Shown here: one piece after another, positions 1 to 12,361 of the stretch
Position numbering within the stretch: the first letter of the stretch is position 1
Layout: every line of letters begins with the position of its first letter
Assembly (NCBI GenBank): GCA_963745035.1
Contig: CAVUVW010000021.1
Coordinates: 96,001-160,000, forward strand
Direction of reading: 5' to 3'
Length of the DNA: 64,000 bases
Source of the DNA: an uncultured delta proteobacterium
GTDB lineage: Bacteria > Desulfobacterota > Binatia > UBA9968
The notes under the pieces: model-generated
What the model was told of the DNA's origin: nothing
What the model saw: only the letters and a program-made list of their open reading frames with translations
The model's database searches: none
Translations under genes and position numbers: made by a program

Positions 1-1251
1 GGAAAATTCCAAGCCGTACGAGTCGCAGATGCGCTGGAAGATTTCCTTGAACTCGTCGGCGGTCGGCGGATTGATCTTCATCTTGTAGTGGATGCGCCGC
101 AGCTGCGCCGGGTCCATGAGCTCTTCGGGCGGAAAGTTCGTCGCGAATATTACCAGTTGATCGAACAATAACGCAAACTTCTTTCCGGTGTGCAGGGTGA
201 GATAGTCGACCTTGCGTTCGAGGGGGAAAATCCAGCGGTTCAACAGCTCGTGCGGGCGCACCCGCTGGCGGCCGAAATCGTCGATCACGAACACGCCGCC
301 GATGGCTTTCATCTGCAGCGGTGCTTCGTAGTATTTCGAATGCGGATCGAAATCCAAATCGAGCATCTCCAGCGTGAGCTCACCGCCCGAGATCAAGTAG
401 GGCCGTTTGCAGCGCACCCAACGCGGATCGTGCTGGAGATGCGGCAGAAGGATCGGATTGGTATTGCCGTTGGCGCCGTTGTTCATGGGGAACGCGACAT
501 GGACGGACGGATCGTAGATCTTGATGATCTGACCGTCGGCTTCGATGGCGTAGGGCACGTAGACAGGCTGCTCAAAGGCGTTGGCCAGAGCCTCGGCGAT
601 CGAAGTCTTACCGTTGCCGGCCGCGCCGTAGATCAAAATGGCCCGGCCGGAGTTGGACGCCGGACCGAGCCGGCGGACCACCTCCTCGGACAAAACCAAG
701 TGCGACGTGGCTTTCTTGAGTTGTTCGATGCCGATAACTTCGTTGGTGATGGTCTGTTTTTGGACCTGGGTCTGATAGGTTTCCAGCGGAATCGGCACCG
801 GCCCTATGTATTCGCAGCGGCGCAGCGCTTCACTCGCCCGTTCCTTGCCCGCGTTGGTGAGCGCATAGCGCATGATGTTGTAGCTCTTCTCCGATGGACC
901 GCGGATTTCGACGAGCGCATCCTTCTTCGCGAAGTTCAGCAGATCCTCGACCACCGGGCGGGTGAGCTTGATCTCTTCGGAGAGATCAGGGATCGTCTGC
1001 AGTTGCGAAACGTACATCGTTCGCAGCAGACAGTTGAGCAGAAAGTTCATGTCGAGACCGGTCTCGGCGGGGCTCTTGGCGACCGGCGGAGGCTCTTGAA
1101 GGATGGCTTCGAGATGCTCGCGACTGATATAGCCAAGCGCCACCAAGTTGTCGCCAAGCCGACCACCGGCGATCTTCTGTTGGTGCACAACCCTGTCGAG
1201 TTGCTCCTGACTGATGATCCCCTTTGTTAGGAGAAGTTCGCCGATGGCCAT
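1..1251 (-). CDS. AAA+ ATPase with N-terminal MshEN-like motif (3' end runs off window)
   Basis: Not in the ORF track because it is open at the window edge. Manual translation from ATG 1251: MAIGELLLTKGIISQEQL...RLGDNLVALGYI; Walker A GAAGNGKT; Walker B VFVIDDFGRQ; IFATNF sensor motif. Confidence 0.8.
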   Translation of the reverse strand, partial: MAIGELLLTKGIISQEQLDRVVHQQKIAGGRLGDNLVALGYISREHLEAILQEPPPVAKSPAETGLDMNFLLNCLLRTMYVSQLQTIPDLSEEIKLTRPVVEDLLNFAKKDALVEIRGPSEKSYNIMRYALTNAGKERASEALRRCEYIGPVPIPLETYQTQVQKQTITNEVIGIEQLKKATSHLVLSEEVVRRLGPASNSGRAILIYGAAGNGKTSIAEALANAFEQPVYVPYAIEADGQIIKIYDPSVHVAFPMNNGANGNTNPILLPHLQHDPRWVRCKRPYLISGGELTLEMLDLDFDPHSKYYEAPLQMKAIGGVFVIDDFGRQRVRPHELLNRWIFPLERKVDYLTLHTGKKFALLFDQLVIFATNFPPEELMDPAQLRRIHYKMKINPPTADEFKEIFQRICDSYGLEFS

Positions 1252-1407
1252 GAAGTTGCGCGGGTGATTAAGAAAAAAATGTTGTGTTTACGGGCGGCAG
1301 CATTTATATTCCCGATATAGTCCGCAAAAAACCGTTTCATTATAGGTGATCGCTACGACCTGTCAAGAAAACTTCCAGGGCAGGCTCTGGCAGAGAGAGA
1401 CTGCGCC

Positions 1408-3978
1408 ATGAACATGTGGAAAATCAAGTCGTATTGGTTGCTCGTAGCCTGGCTGGCGAGCGGCTGCGCTTTCATGAGCGACAGCGCAACAAAAAAGCCG
1501 GCGCCGACGGGTCTGATCGCCACTCCCGAGTCGTACTACAGCACCGCTAAGGCGCGTTATCTGGGTAGCAAGTACAAGGATAACCTGGACCGTCTGACCG
1601 AGAGGATCGTGCGCAACTCGACCACGTCGCCACTGCAGTTCGCCAACAATATCTCGTCGGTCGGCGGCATCGGCTTTTTTACCCATTCCGCAACCAAGAC
1701 TCCCGACGAGCGTTATCTCGAGGTCGTGCTCGCCATGCCCGAGACCTTTGAAACCAAGGGCGAATATAGCGACAAGGTGAATCAACTGTTTTCCCGTTAT
1801 GGCTATGATCTGCTTTCGATTTTGGCGGGCGACAGCGAGATTTATGAGGACAAGGAGTTAGCGGGCTACGGTCTCAATCTCACTTGGCGCAACGTGATCT
1901 CGGATTCGCCCGCGAATCGCGTTGCCCTGGCCCGGGCAATTATTTATTTTCACAAGGAGCGGGTCGCAAATTTCCTGCGGCGCAAAGTCAGCGGGAACGA
2001 ATTACTGGGCGATGCGGTGATTTTCGCCGTGGAAGACGACGGTCCGCTCAATTTGGTCTCTTATCAACCGCGCGAAATCAAGCCCGATTTTCGTCCGGCG
2101 ATCCGCGAGGACAATTTAGTCGCAGGAACGCCGGCGGCGGAGGCGGCAAAGACCTCCGGACAAAAGCTCGAAGCAAAAGCCGACGCGACGAAAAAGGACA
2201 TGCCGGCGGCCGAGGCGGCAAGTCCGCGGACCACGGGCACACAATCCGCGGACGAAAATCCGCAGGTAGATCCGTCTGCATCCCCTGCGGCGGATTCGCT
2301 GTTGGTTTCACAACCAGTTAAAAACGCCGAGATCGCCGAACAACCGGCTTCGGCAAAGCTGGATGCGGAACCGGAAAAGATCGCACGCGCCAATCAGCCG
2401 GTCGAGGCACGCTCGATCAAGCCCATACCTGAAATGGTGTTGCCGAAACCGGCGCCGCCGAATCTGTCCGAGCCGGCACTCAAGTTGGAACGACCCAAGG
2501 ATACCGGCAAGGCGCCCGTTGCCGCCGCTGCCCCCGTCGCCAAAGCTGAGCCGGCGAAACTCCCGAGCGAGAAGAAGCCGCCGGAGCCGCAGCGCGCGGA
2601 GAACGCGGCGCCAAAGCCGCTCGCGGATTCGGCAAAGCAGACGCCATCCCCGCGCGCTGAAATCGCGCTGCCGCAAGAGCCTGCGGAGGCGCCGGCGGCG
2701 GAAGTGAAAAATATTGAATCTCAGTCGAAGCGGGCTGAAAACAGGGAAAAGCCCGCCGTCGCCAATCTTACGCCAAAACCCGCCAGCGTGCCGGCGGTCG
2801 CCAAGCTGCAAGAAGCCAAGAGCGCGGAAATCGCCGTAACCTCATCGCCCCTTGCGGAAACGCCTGCGCCGCGGTCAGTCGAGAGAAAAGTTCCTGCTAT
2901 CGCGCCACCGACGGCCAAACCGGAGACGCGCGAGCCCGCCATCGAGCCTGCGCCGTCGGAAGTCGCATCAACCTCGAAGGAAGCTTCAAAAGCGCCGCAA
3001 AAGCCCGCGGCAGCACCGGTGATCGATGCAGCCAAGCAGGCGCTGCGCCCTGAGATCGCTCTGGCGCCCATTGCGAAATCTCCGGCGCCAGTGGAGGTCA
3101 AACCGGTGGAGACCGCCAAAGCGCCGGTCGAAGAGAAAAAGATCGAGACCAAAAGTCGCACGCTCGGCGCGCCGCCGGCTGCGAAAACTGACGCACCTGC
3201 CGCCGTAGCTGTGGCCCCCGAGCCGGTTAGAGCGGCCGAGGTCAAACGAGAGATAGCGGCGGCTCGTCCACCCGCGGAAAAGCCGGTTGAAACCCCGGTG
3301 GCACGCAAAGCTGAACCGGCTGCACCCTCACCGGTTGCGAAAACCGAAGTCCGGGAAACGATCAAGCCAGCGCCGGTGCCGGTTGTCGCACCCAATCAGG
3401 ATCGAGTCGTCCCGGCTGCCGAGACGATTAAAGTGACCGAGGTCAAACGACCGGAGATAGCGGCGGCTCGTCCACCCGCGGAAAAGCCGGCTGAAATCCC
3501 GGCGGCGCATAAAACTGAGCCGGCTCCACCACCGACGCTCATAGCAAAAACCGAAGTCCGCGAAATGAATAAACCGGCGGTGCCTGCGCCAGCGGTTATC
3601 GCGCCCCAGCAGGACAGAATCGTCAAGGCGCCCGCGCCGGAACAGCTCGCGTTGGCAAGAACGCCGATCGCGCCGTCGGTCGAGAGCGCGCCGCTCGCGC
3701 GCCCCGTGCCCAAGCCGCTCCAGGGGTTTATTATTCAAGTGGCGTTCGCCGACAAGCAGAAGGCGCAGAGCTGGGCGGAGAAAATGACCCAGCGCGGCTA
3801 CGCTGTGTCGGTTACCGAAGCCGGAGCCGAGGGGGCGCTGCGCGTGCGCTTGGGAAATTTTTCGCTCCGCGACGAAGCGGAACGCCAGCTCCAAAGCTTC
3901 AAGCAAGAAGGCATGAACGGCATCATCATCAATTTGCCGCAAGCCTTCCGGCCCGAAGCGCGCTCGTCGGTGCCTTAG
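1408..3978 (+). CDS. SPOR-domain lipoprotein with long Pro/Ala/Lys/Glu-rich linker
   Basis: Lipobox-like LASGC; globular N-terminal ~230 aa; low-complexity middle; C-terminal SPOR-like FIIQVAF...LRVRLGNFSLRDEAER. Confidence 0.75.
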   Translation: MNMWKIKSYWLLVAWLASGCAFMSDSATKKPAPTGLIATPESYYSTAKARYLGSKYKDNLDRLTERIVRNSTTSPLQFANNISSVGGIGFFTHSATKTPDERYLEVVLAMPETFETKGEYSDKVNQLFSRYGYDLLSILAGDSEIYEDKELAGYGLNLTWRNVISDSPANRVALARAIIYFHKERVANFLRRKVSGNELLGDAVIFAVEDDGPLNLVSYQPREIKPDFRPAIREDNLVAGTPAAEAAKTSGQKLEAKADATKKDMPAAEAASPRTTGTQSADENPQVDPSASPAADSLLVSQPVKNAEIAEQPASAKLDAEPEKIARANQPVEARSIKPIPEMVLPKPAPPNLSEPALKLERPKDTGKAPVAAAAPVAKAEPAKLPSEKKPPEPQRAENAAPKPLADSAKQTPSPRAEIALPQEPAEAPAAEVKNIESQSKRAENREKPAVANLTPKPASVPAVAKLQEAKSAEIAVTSSPLAETPAPRSVERKVPAIAPPTAKPETREPAIEPAPSEVASTSKEASKAPQKPAAAPVIDAAKQALRPEIALAPIAKSPAPVEVKPVETAKAPVEEKKIETKSRTLGAPPAAKTDAPAAVAVAPEPVRAAEVKREIAAARPPAEKPVETPVARKAEPAAPSPVAKTEVRETIKPAPVPVVAPNQDRVVPAAETIKVTEVKRPEIAAARPPAEKPAEIPAAHKTEPAPPPTLIAKTEVREMNKPAVPAPAVIAPQQDRIVKAPAPEQLALARTPIAPSVESAPLARPVPKPLQGFIIQVAFADKQKAQSWAEKMTQRGYAVSVTEAGAEGALRVRLGNFSLRDEAERQLQSFKQEGMNGIIINLPQAFRPEARSSVP
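3236..3625 (+). repeat. Internal ~200-bp tandem duplication in SPOR gene linker
   Basis: GAGGTCAAACGA..GAGATAGCGGCGGCTCGTCCACCCGCGGAAAAGCCGG occurs near 3238 and near 3439; peptide EVKR(P)EIAAARPPAEKP...AKTEVRE...QDR(V/I)V appears twice. Confidence 0.8.
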
Positions 3979-4017
3979 ACCGGGCTAAACGATTTACGAT
4001 CCCGGCGCTGCGCCTGT

Positions 4018-5466
4018 TCAGGCTCCGGGTTTGAGCTTCTCACGGAGAACTTCGTTGACCTTCTGCGGGTTGGCCTTGCCCGCGGTCGCCTTCATAATTT
4101 GACCGACGAAAAAGCCAAAAACTTTTTCGTTGCCGGAAAGATACTGCGCCAGTTGTTTGGGGTTGGCCGCCAAAACTTGATCGACGGCCGCCTCGATGCT
4201 GCTCGGGTCGGAGATCTGCTCCAAGCCTTTTTCACTGACGATCTGCCGCGGTGTTCGGTCCGACTCCAGCATCTCGTCGAAAACGCTCTTGGCGATCCTG
4301 CCGCTGATTTTGCCTTCGTCGATCAGGCTTACGAGTTCCGCCAGCTGCGCCGCCGTTACCGGCCAGCGCGCGATGTACAACTGCTCGTCGAGCCGGCGCT
4401 CTTTCAGCACGCGAAACAGCTCGCCGGCGATCCAGTTGCCGAGCGCTTTCGCATTGGGGTGAATCTTTACGGCTTGCTCGAAATAATCAGCGATGTCTTT
4501 GCGGCCGGTGAGCAGGTCCGCGTCGTACGCGGAGAGTGCGTAGTCGGATAAAAAGCGCGCCCTGCGCGCCGCGGGAAGCTCGGGCAAAGCGGCGCGGAGC
4601 TCGGCGATCCACCTCTCCTCGATGATCAGCGGCGGCAAGTCGGGGTCGGGAAAATAGCGGTAATCGTGCGCCGATTCCTTCGAGCGCATGGAGCGCGTCT
4701 GCTCGCGCTGCTCGTCCCACAGCCGGGTTTCCTGAATCAGCTTGCCGCCGCCGGAGAGAGTATCGGTCTGCCTTTCGATCTCGAACGCGAGCGCGCTTTC
4801 GACGGCGCGAAACGAGTTCAGGTTCTTGATCTCGATTTTTGTCCCCAAAGCTTCGCTGCCCTCGGGGCGAACCGAAACGTTGGCGTCGCAGCGAAAGCTG
4901 CCTTGTTCCATGTTGCCGTCGCAGACGCCGAGATACTGGAGGATAACTCGGAGAGTGCGCAGGTAGGCGCCGGCTTCCGCGCTCGAGCGCAGATCGGGCT
5001 CGCTGACGATTTCCAAAAGCGGCACTCCGGCGCGATTGAGATCGACGAGACTCGAGTCGCCGTGGGCGTCGTGGATATTTTTTCCGGCGTCTTCCTCGAT
5101 GTGGATACGGGTAAGGCGCACGCGCTTCGGCGACCCGTCGACGTCGATGTCGATATAACCGTTCCTGCAAAGCGGCAGCTCATACTGGCTGATTTGATAA
5201 CCCTTGGGCAGATCCGGATAAAAATAGTTTTTGCGCGCGAGCACGCTCGACCGCGCGATGTCGCAATGGGCAGCCAGCCCGGCCTTGATCGCCAGCTCGA
5301 CCACGCGCTTGTTCAATACCGGCAGCACGCCGGGCAGGCCGGCGCAGACCGGACAGGCGTTTTCGTTGGGCGCGCGGCCGAACGCCGTCGAGCAGCCGCA
5401 GAAAATCTTCGACTCGGTGAGGAGCTGGGCGTGGACTTCCAGTCCGATGACGGGCTCGTAGCTCAT
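4018..5466 (-). CDS. gatB: Asp-tRNA(Asn)/Glu-tRNA(Gln) amidotransferase subunit B
   Basis: [52 protein letters not shown]. Confidence 0.98.
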   Translation of the reverse strand: MSYEPVIGLEVHAQLLTESKIFCGCSTAFGRAPNENACPVCAGLPGVLPVLNKRVVELAIKAGLAAHCDIARSSVLARKNYFYPDLPKGYQISQYELPLCRNGYIDIDVDGSPKRVRLTRIHIEEDAGKNIHDAHGDSSLVDLNRAGVPLLEIVSEPDLRSSAEAGAYLRTLRVILQYLGVCDGNMEQGSFRCDANVSVRPEGSEALGTKIEIKNLNSFRAVESALAFEIERQTDTLSGGGKLIQETRLWDEQREQTRSMRSKESAHDYRYFPDPDLPPLIIEERWIAELRAALPELPAARRARFLSDYALSAYDADLLTGRKDIADYFEQAVKIHPNAKALGNWIAGELFRVLKERRLDEQLYIARWPVTAAQLAELVSLIDEGKISGRIAKSVFDEMLESDRTPRQIVSEKGLEQISDPSSIEAAVDQVLAANPKQLAQYLSGNEKVFGFFVGQIMKATAGKANPQKVNEVLREKLKPGA

Positions 5467-5517
5467 GGCGTCAAAATTGAGAAGAGAGGATAGAGGATCG
5501 AGGATCACGATGATCCA

Positions 5518-6981
5518 TTATCGATCCTCGATACTCGGCTTTTTTTTGTGCCATTCGGTCGCCTGCTCGTAGTGATGGGCTAGGCGCAGGATCGTCGGCT
5601 CGTCAAAATATTTGCCGATGATTTGCATGCCAATCGGCATTCCGTCATCGTCGAAGCCGCAGGGCAGGGACAGCGCCGGCAGGCCCGCCAGATTGACCGA
5701 GATCGTGCAGATATCCGACAGATACATCTGCAGCGGATCCGCGATCTTCTCGCCCATTTTAAAGGCGGTCGTGGGCGCGGTCGGCGTAACGATCGCATCG
5801 CATTTTTGAAACGCCTGGTCGAAGTCGCGCTTGATCAGCGCGCGCGCGCGCTGGGCCTTCAAATAATACGCGTCGTAATAGCCCGCGGATAGCGCGTAGG
5901 TGCCGAGCATGATGCGCCGCTTCACCTCGGCGCCGAAACCTTGGTCGCGGCTGATCCGATAGGTTTCGGTCAAGTCGCCGGCGTCGGCGCGATAGCCGTA
6001 GCGCATGCCGTCATAGCGCGCCAGGTTCGAGCTCGCCTCGGCGGTGGCGACGATGTAATAAATCGCGACGGCGTATTCGGTGTGCGGCAACGAGATCTCC
6101 TCGATGACGGCGCCGCTTTTTTCGAGCCGGCCGACGGCCACGTGGACCGCTTGCTCCACGGCGCCGGACATGCCGTCGACGAAGTATTCCTTCGGGATGC
6201 CCACGCGCAGGCCCTTGATGTCAGCGCCGAGGGTTTCCGCGTAGCGCGGCACGGCGCGCCGTGCCGAAGTCGCGTCGACGGGGTCGTGGCCGGCGATCGC
6301 CTCGAGCAAAAGTGCCGTATCGCGCACGTCCTTGGTCATCGGTCCGACCTGATCCATCGAGGAGGCGAAGGCGACGATGCCGTAGCGGCTCACCCGGCCG
6401 TAGGTCGGCTTGAGGCCGACGATGCCGCAAAAAGCCGCGGGCTGGCGAATCGAGCCGCCGGTATCGGTGCCGAGGGCGGCGATGCATTGGTCTGCCGCCA
6501 CCGCGGCCGCCGAGCCGCCCGAGGAGCCGCCGGGAATGCGTTCCAGGTTCCACGGATTGCGCGTCGGAAAGAAAGCGGAGTTTTCCACTGAAGAGCCCAT
6601 GGCGAATTCATCGAGATTGGTCTTGCCGATGATCACCGCGCCGGCCGTTCGGAGCTTTTTGACCGCGGTGGCGTCGAACGGCGGAACAAACTCGCCAAGG
6701 ATTTTCGAAGCGCAGGTGGTGCGCATTCCTTGCGTGAGAAAATTGTCCTTGAGGGCGATGGGAATGCCAAGCAGAGGCGAGGCGCCGTCGCGCGCGCGCA
6801 GGCGCTCGTCGGCGCGGCGCGCGCCATCGAGCGCCGCTTCGCTATCGAGGGTCAAGTAGGCGCGGATGCGATCGTCGTCGGCGATGCGCTCGAAAACGGC
6901 TTCGGTGAGCTCCAATGACGTGATCTCGCCGGCGCGCAGTTTTTGCGCGGCGTCGTGAAGGGTCAGCGCGGCAAGGCTCAT
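5518..6981 (-). CDS. gatA: Asp-tRNA(Asn)/Glu-tRNA(Gln) amidotransferase subunit A
   Basis: Amidase signature [36 protein letters not shown]; lies between gatC and gatB. Confidence 0.98.
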   Translation of the reverse strand: MSLAALTLHDAAQKLRAGEITSLELTEAVFERIADDDRIRAYLTLDSEAALDGARRADERLRARDGASPLLGIPIALKDNFLTQGMRTTCASKILGEFVPPFDATAVKKLRTAGAVIIGKTNLDEFAMGSSVENSAFFPTRNPWNLERIPGGSSGGSAAAVAADQCIAALGTDTGGSIRQPAAFCGIVGLKPTYGRVSRYGIVAFASSMDQVGPMTKDVRDTALLLEAIAGHDPVDATSARRAVPRYAETLGADIKGLRVGIPKEYFVDGMSGAVEQAVHVAVGRLEKSGAVIEEISLPHTEYAVAIYYIVATAEASSNLARYDGMRYGYRADAGDLTETYRISRDQGFGAEVKRRIMLGTYALSAGYYDAYYLKAQRARALIKRDFDQAFQKCDAIVTPTAPTTAFKMGEKIADPLQMYLSDICTISVNLAGLPALSLPCGFDDDGMPIGMQIIGKYFDEPTILRLAHHYEQATEWHKKKPSIEDR

Positions 6982-7265
6982 TCGAGGATTTTGGGAACCT
7001 TGAAGAATGTGCCGTCCCGATCCGGCGCGTTCGCCAGCAGCGCTTCGGGGTCGGGCCGGTTGATCACCGCGTCCTCGCGCAGCGCAGTGTCCGCCTCGAG
7101 GGCGTGGACGAAGGGCTCGACTCCGGTGGTGTCGAGCCGGTTGAGCTGGTCCATATATTCGAGAATATTGTCCAGTTGCCGGGTGAGCTGCGAGACCTCC
7201 TCGGCGCTAAGACGAAGCCGGGCCAGAGCGGCGACCCGTTCGACTTCTTCGACGGTGATCTTCAC
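6978..7265 (-). CDS. gatC: Asp-tRNA(Asn)/Glu-tRNA(Gln) amidotransferase subunit C
   Basis: [15 protein letters not shown]...LREDAV...[17 protein letters not shown]; overlaps gatA start; GTG start inferred. Confidence 0.95.
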   Translation of the reverse strand: MKITVEEVERVAALARLRLSAEEVSQLTRQLDNILEYMDQLNRLDTTGVEPFVHALEADTALREDAVINRPDPEALLANAPDRDGTFFKVPKILE

Positions 7266-7384
7266 GGAGATTTTTCTAACACAAGCCTCGCGCGATGCCA
7301 ATCTGCGCCGGCGCAGCGCCTTTCGGCGGGTCCGCAGTCAATTTATTTGCAGTTGCGCCGGCTTTTCGCTAACAATGACGAGCC

Positions 7385-8097
7385 ATGAGCGGCGCGCAGC
7401 TTTCGCTGGGGGGAGAAGACATCGGGCGGGTGGAGTTTCGCTCGTACGAGGAGGAAAGCTACGCGCGCGGCTATCATTCCATCGCCGGTATCGACGAAGT
7501 CGGACGCGGGCCGCTCGCGGGCCCTGTGGTGGCGGCGGCGGTGATCTTGCCGCGCGGCTACGCCCATCCCGATATCAAAGACTCGAAATTGCTGACGGCG
7601 AAGCAGCGGGAAAGAGCGGCGGGAATGATTCAGGAAAGCGCCGTCCGCTGGGCGGTGGGAGTTGCCGGGGTGAAAGAAATCGACCGTTTGAATATTCTTC
7701 AGGCGAGCCTGCTGGCGATGGTCAAGGCGTTGGCGGCACTGAAATCGACCGTCGATTGCGTGCTCATCGACGGCAACCAAACGATACCGTTAGGGTTGTT
7801 CCGCACCGGCAAGTTTGCCGCCGGCAGATCGCTCTACCAAAAATCGATCATCAGAGGCGACCAGCTTTGTCTTTCCATCGCCGCCGCATCGATCGTCGCG
7901 AAAGTGGCGCGCGATCGGATCATGGCGGAGCTGGACCGGCGGTATCCCGACTACGGTTTCGCCGCGCACAAAGGCTATAGCTGCGCGGCCCACTTCGACG
8001 CGCTCCGGCGGTTCGGTCCCTCGCCGGCGCACCGGCGCAGTTTTCGTCCGGTGCGCGCGTTGTGCGAAGACCCAAAAAGCATCGGCCCTCTGTTTGA

Positions 8098-8101
<4 letters not shown>
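7385..8101 (+). CDS. rnhB: Ribonuclease HII
   Basis: AGIDEVGRGPLAGPVVAAAV, DSK, SIAAASIVAKVARD, HKGY. Confidence 0.97.
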
Positions 8102-9752
<1,651 letters not shown>

Positions 9753-9780
9753 TAAATTTCTTAAATCGTCTTCATCACGG

Positions 9781-10275
9781 CTACGCCCGGCCAATGCTCC
9801 ACAGTTGTCTGGCAACCCAGATACCGAGAAGCACGATGGCCGCAAGCAGCGCGACAAGAAGGATGACGAGGCCGATCACCAGCAGCCAGTCGGCGAGGAC
9901 CGCCCGTTTCGCCGGCCTGCCGAGATACTGCTGCAGCAAATCCACGTTCCTGACATTGCTGCGAAACCAAATGGAAAGAATGTCGCCGAAGATCGGAATG
10001 GCGCCCAGGACCGTGTTGACCGCGATGTTGGCCCCCATGCGGGCGAGCACAACCTTGGGCACGCCCAATTGCGCCGCGACGATGAGAATGAGCGAGCCGG
10101 TGAGATTTGCCAAGAGATCGCCGATGCCGGGAATCACGCTGATGATCGGATCGAGACCGATGCGAATCGACGTGCCGGGGATGGTGAAGCGTTGATCCAG
10201 GAGGTCGGCGAGAAATCTCGCGAACCGCAGGCGGTCGGAGTCGTCGGGGCTACGTTTGTTTGGCAAATATTCCAT
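9781..10275 (-). CDS. DUF4112-family membrane protein
   Basis: LLDQRFTIPGTSIRIGLDPII..IPGIGD; GAIPIFGD...FRSNVRNV. Confidence 0.85.
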   Translation of the reverse strand: MEYLPNKRSPDDSDRLRFARFLADLLDQRFTIPGTSIRIGLDPIISVIPGIGDLLANLTGSLILIVAAQLGVPKVVLARMGANIAVNTVLGAIPIFGDILSIWFRSNVRNVDLLQQYLGRPAKRAVLADWLLVIGLVILLVALLAAIVLLGIWVARQLWSIGRA

Positions 10276-10454
10276 GCGCGCTCTATCCTCAGATGCGATT
10301 TGACCGTCGACGGCCCGGCTGCTTTATAGGCGTAAAGGTGACGCCGGGCCAAAGCCGCGCAGGAAAAATTCGATCGCCTGCTTTTACGTGTTCGAAAGAG
10401 CAGGCTTTGGGAGTTTTGTTCGACCGCCGGCGCAGCAGGTGCGCGTAGGGCGGG

Positions 10455-11459
10455 TTAATCGGCGGCGCCATAAAATGCTTCCAGCCTGGCGCGTCCATTT
10501 TGTGCGAGCATGGGCGACCACAGATCCCCGACCTTCTTTAGTCTTTGGCGCGCGTTGTCCATGCGGAAGTCTTCGATCCGAATGCCCTCGCCGAGCTCGG
10601 TCCAGGTGATCGGCACGGACACCGTGGCTTCGGGCTGCGGCCGCACCGAGTAGACCGACGCCAGGGTGCGGCCCCAGGCGTTTTGATTGTAATCCACCAG
10701 AATCCGGCGGCGCGGCCGCTTGGCGATGCGATATTCCGCCGTGATCAAATCGGGGCGGAGCGCCGCCAGACTGGTGGCAAACTGCTTGGCGAAAGTCCAG
10801 ACTTGCTTTTGCGTTGGACCGCGCACGATCGGCACGTAAACGTGAAAACCGCGCGAGCCAGTCGTCTTGATATAGGCCGGCAGCTTGAGCGTGGTCAAAG
10901 ATTCATGGACGAGATCGGCGGCTTCGACCATCTGCGTCCAGCTCGCGCCGTTGACCGGATCGAGGTCGAAATGCAGGTAGTCGGGCCTGTCGACGTCGTC
11001 GCAGCGGGCATACCACGGATTGAGATCGATGCAGCCGAGATTGATCACCCAAAGCAGCGCGGCGAGATCGCCGATGACGGGGAAGTCGATGACGCTGCCC
11101 GACGAGTGCTCGATCGCGCAGGTCTCGATCCAGGCGGGCCGCGGTGTCGGCGCGCGCTTCATGAAAAAGAAATCGCCGGCGATGCCGTTCGGATAGCGCT
11201 TCATCACCATCGCGCGGCCGGCCAAATGGGGCAGAAGAATCGGCGCGATGTCACTATAAAATTGCAGCAAGTCGCGTTTGGCGATCTTGCGCTCCGGCCA
11301 AAAAAGCTTGCGCAGATTGGTGAGACGCACAATCTTGCCGCCGGCGTCAAAGTCGACGGCATTTTGAGAGGGCGAAAGAGGCGCGGCGCCGCGCTTCGAT
11401 TTGCCGCGCTTGTGAAGGTGCGTTCTCTTTGCGCGCTGGGTTTTTGCTTGGCTGGCCAT
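10455..11459 (-). CDS. ligD: LigD-type primase-polymerase (stand-alone polymerase domain, NHEJ)
   Basis: RYPNGI..FFMK, FDLDP, KTTGSRGFHVYVP, LVDYNQNAWGRTLASVYSVR; no ligase domain; in an operon with Ku. Confidence 0.9.
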   Translation of the reverse strand: MASQAKTQRAKRTHLHKRGKSKRGAAPLSPSQNAVDFDAGGKIVRLTNLRKLFWPERKIAKRDLLQFYSDIAPILLPHLAGRAMVMKRYPNGIAGDFFFMKRAPTPRPAWIETCAIEHSSGSVIDFPVIGDLAALLWVINLGCIDLNPWYARCDDVDRPDYLHFDLDPVNGASWTQMVEAADLVHESLTTLKLPAYIKTTGSRGFHVYVPIVRGPTQKQVWTFAKQFATSLAALRPDLITAEYRIAKRPRRRILVDYNQNAWGRTLASVYSVRPQPEATVSVPITWTELGEGIRIEDFRMDNARQRLKKVGDLWSPMLAQNGRARLEAFYGAAD

Positions 11460-11545
11460 GGCTCCGAGTCCGCGCGGCGATCTGCCGCCTGCCGCTTCAT
11501 TTCAGACTAACGGCTCTGGAGGCCGTTTCAAGGCGGAAACAGAGG

Positions 11546-12361
11546 CTATTTGCCGAAATACAGTTTGCGCGCAGTGCGGAGGTGGGTGAAGGCGTCTTTC
11601 TTTTTGCCCAAAGCTTCGAGCAACAACCCGAGATTGTAATGGGCGTCGGCGAACTGCGGATCGCGGTTGAGAGCCTGCTGGTAAAGCAGAGCGGCTTTGC
11701 GCGGCTGCTGCAAATCTTCGAGCAGCACCCCCAGATTGAAGTAAGGCTCCGCGCTGTCTGGCGCGTGCTCGATGGCCGCCCGATAATGCGGCTCGGATTC
11801 CTTGAACATGCCGGCGTCATGATAGAGCTTGCCGAGATTAAGGTGCGCATCGCTCATGGTGGGATCGAGCTCGATTGCGCGCACGTAGGCTTGCCGCGCT
11901 TCCTCCGTCGAGGTCTTCTCCACTTCCATGCCGAGTTGAAACCAGTAGCGTGCATTGCGATTGCTCGTCGCGGGCGCGGTTTCGGGCATCTTCAACGTGC
12001 GCATGACGTTGCGCACGTCGAAATTAAACAGAAACTGGCCGGAGTCGGGCTGCCATTGCGCCTTGCCGTCCCACACGACGACGCGGCGCCCGTCGGCGTA
12101 GATCTTCACGCTCGAAAAATGGCGCTCGTCGGGAAGTTGTCGCTTCAAGGAACTTAGAATCCGGAGAATTCGTTTTGCCGGAACCCGGGAGTCGAGCAGA
12201 CCTTTGGCGGTCTTCAAGAAAAGCAGATCGCGGAAAGTAAACTGAAAAGCGCCGGCTTGGTCGCGCGCCGGCGCGAGAAATCCGGCGCGCACGAAGGAAA
12301 GGATGCGGCTGTGCGGCAGATTTACGATCTTCACCACCTCGGGAGTGGAGAAGAGTTTCAT
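11546..12361 (-). CDS. MerR-like HTH + TPR-repeat protein
   Basis: N-terminal FSTPEVVKIV...FTFRDLLFLKTAKGL (MerR-like); C-terminal TPRs AHLNLG/PYFNLG/AHYNLG; start overlaps the Ku stop (ATGA). Confidence 0.8.
   Translation of the reverse strand: MKLFSTPEVVKIVNLPHSRILSFVRAGFLAPARDQAGAFQFTFRDLLFLKTAKGLLDSRVPAKRILRILSSLKRQLPDERHFSSVKIYADGRRVVVWDGKAQWQPDSGQFLFNFDVRNVMRTLKMPETAPATSNRNARYWFQLGMEVEKTSTEEARQAYVRAIELDPTMSDAHLNLGKLYHDAGMFKESEPHYRAAIEHAPDSAEPYFNLGVLLEDLQQPRKAALLYQQALNRDPQFADAHYNLGLLLEALGKKKDAFTHLRTARKLYFGK

Noticed and set aside
190-1230. 346-aa plus-strand ORF and many other long antisense ORFs (e.g. 14136-15857, 35036-36289, 44920-46656, 61862-63370)
   Set aside because: These are shadow ORFs opposite recognisable genes in GC-rich DNA.
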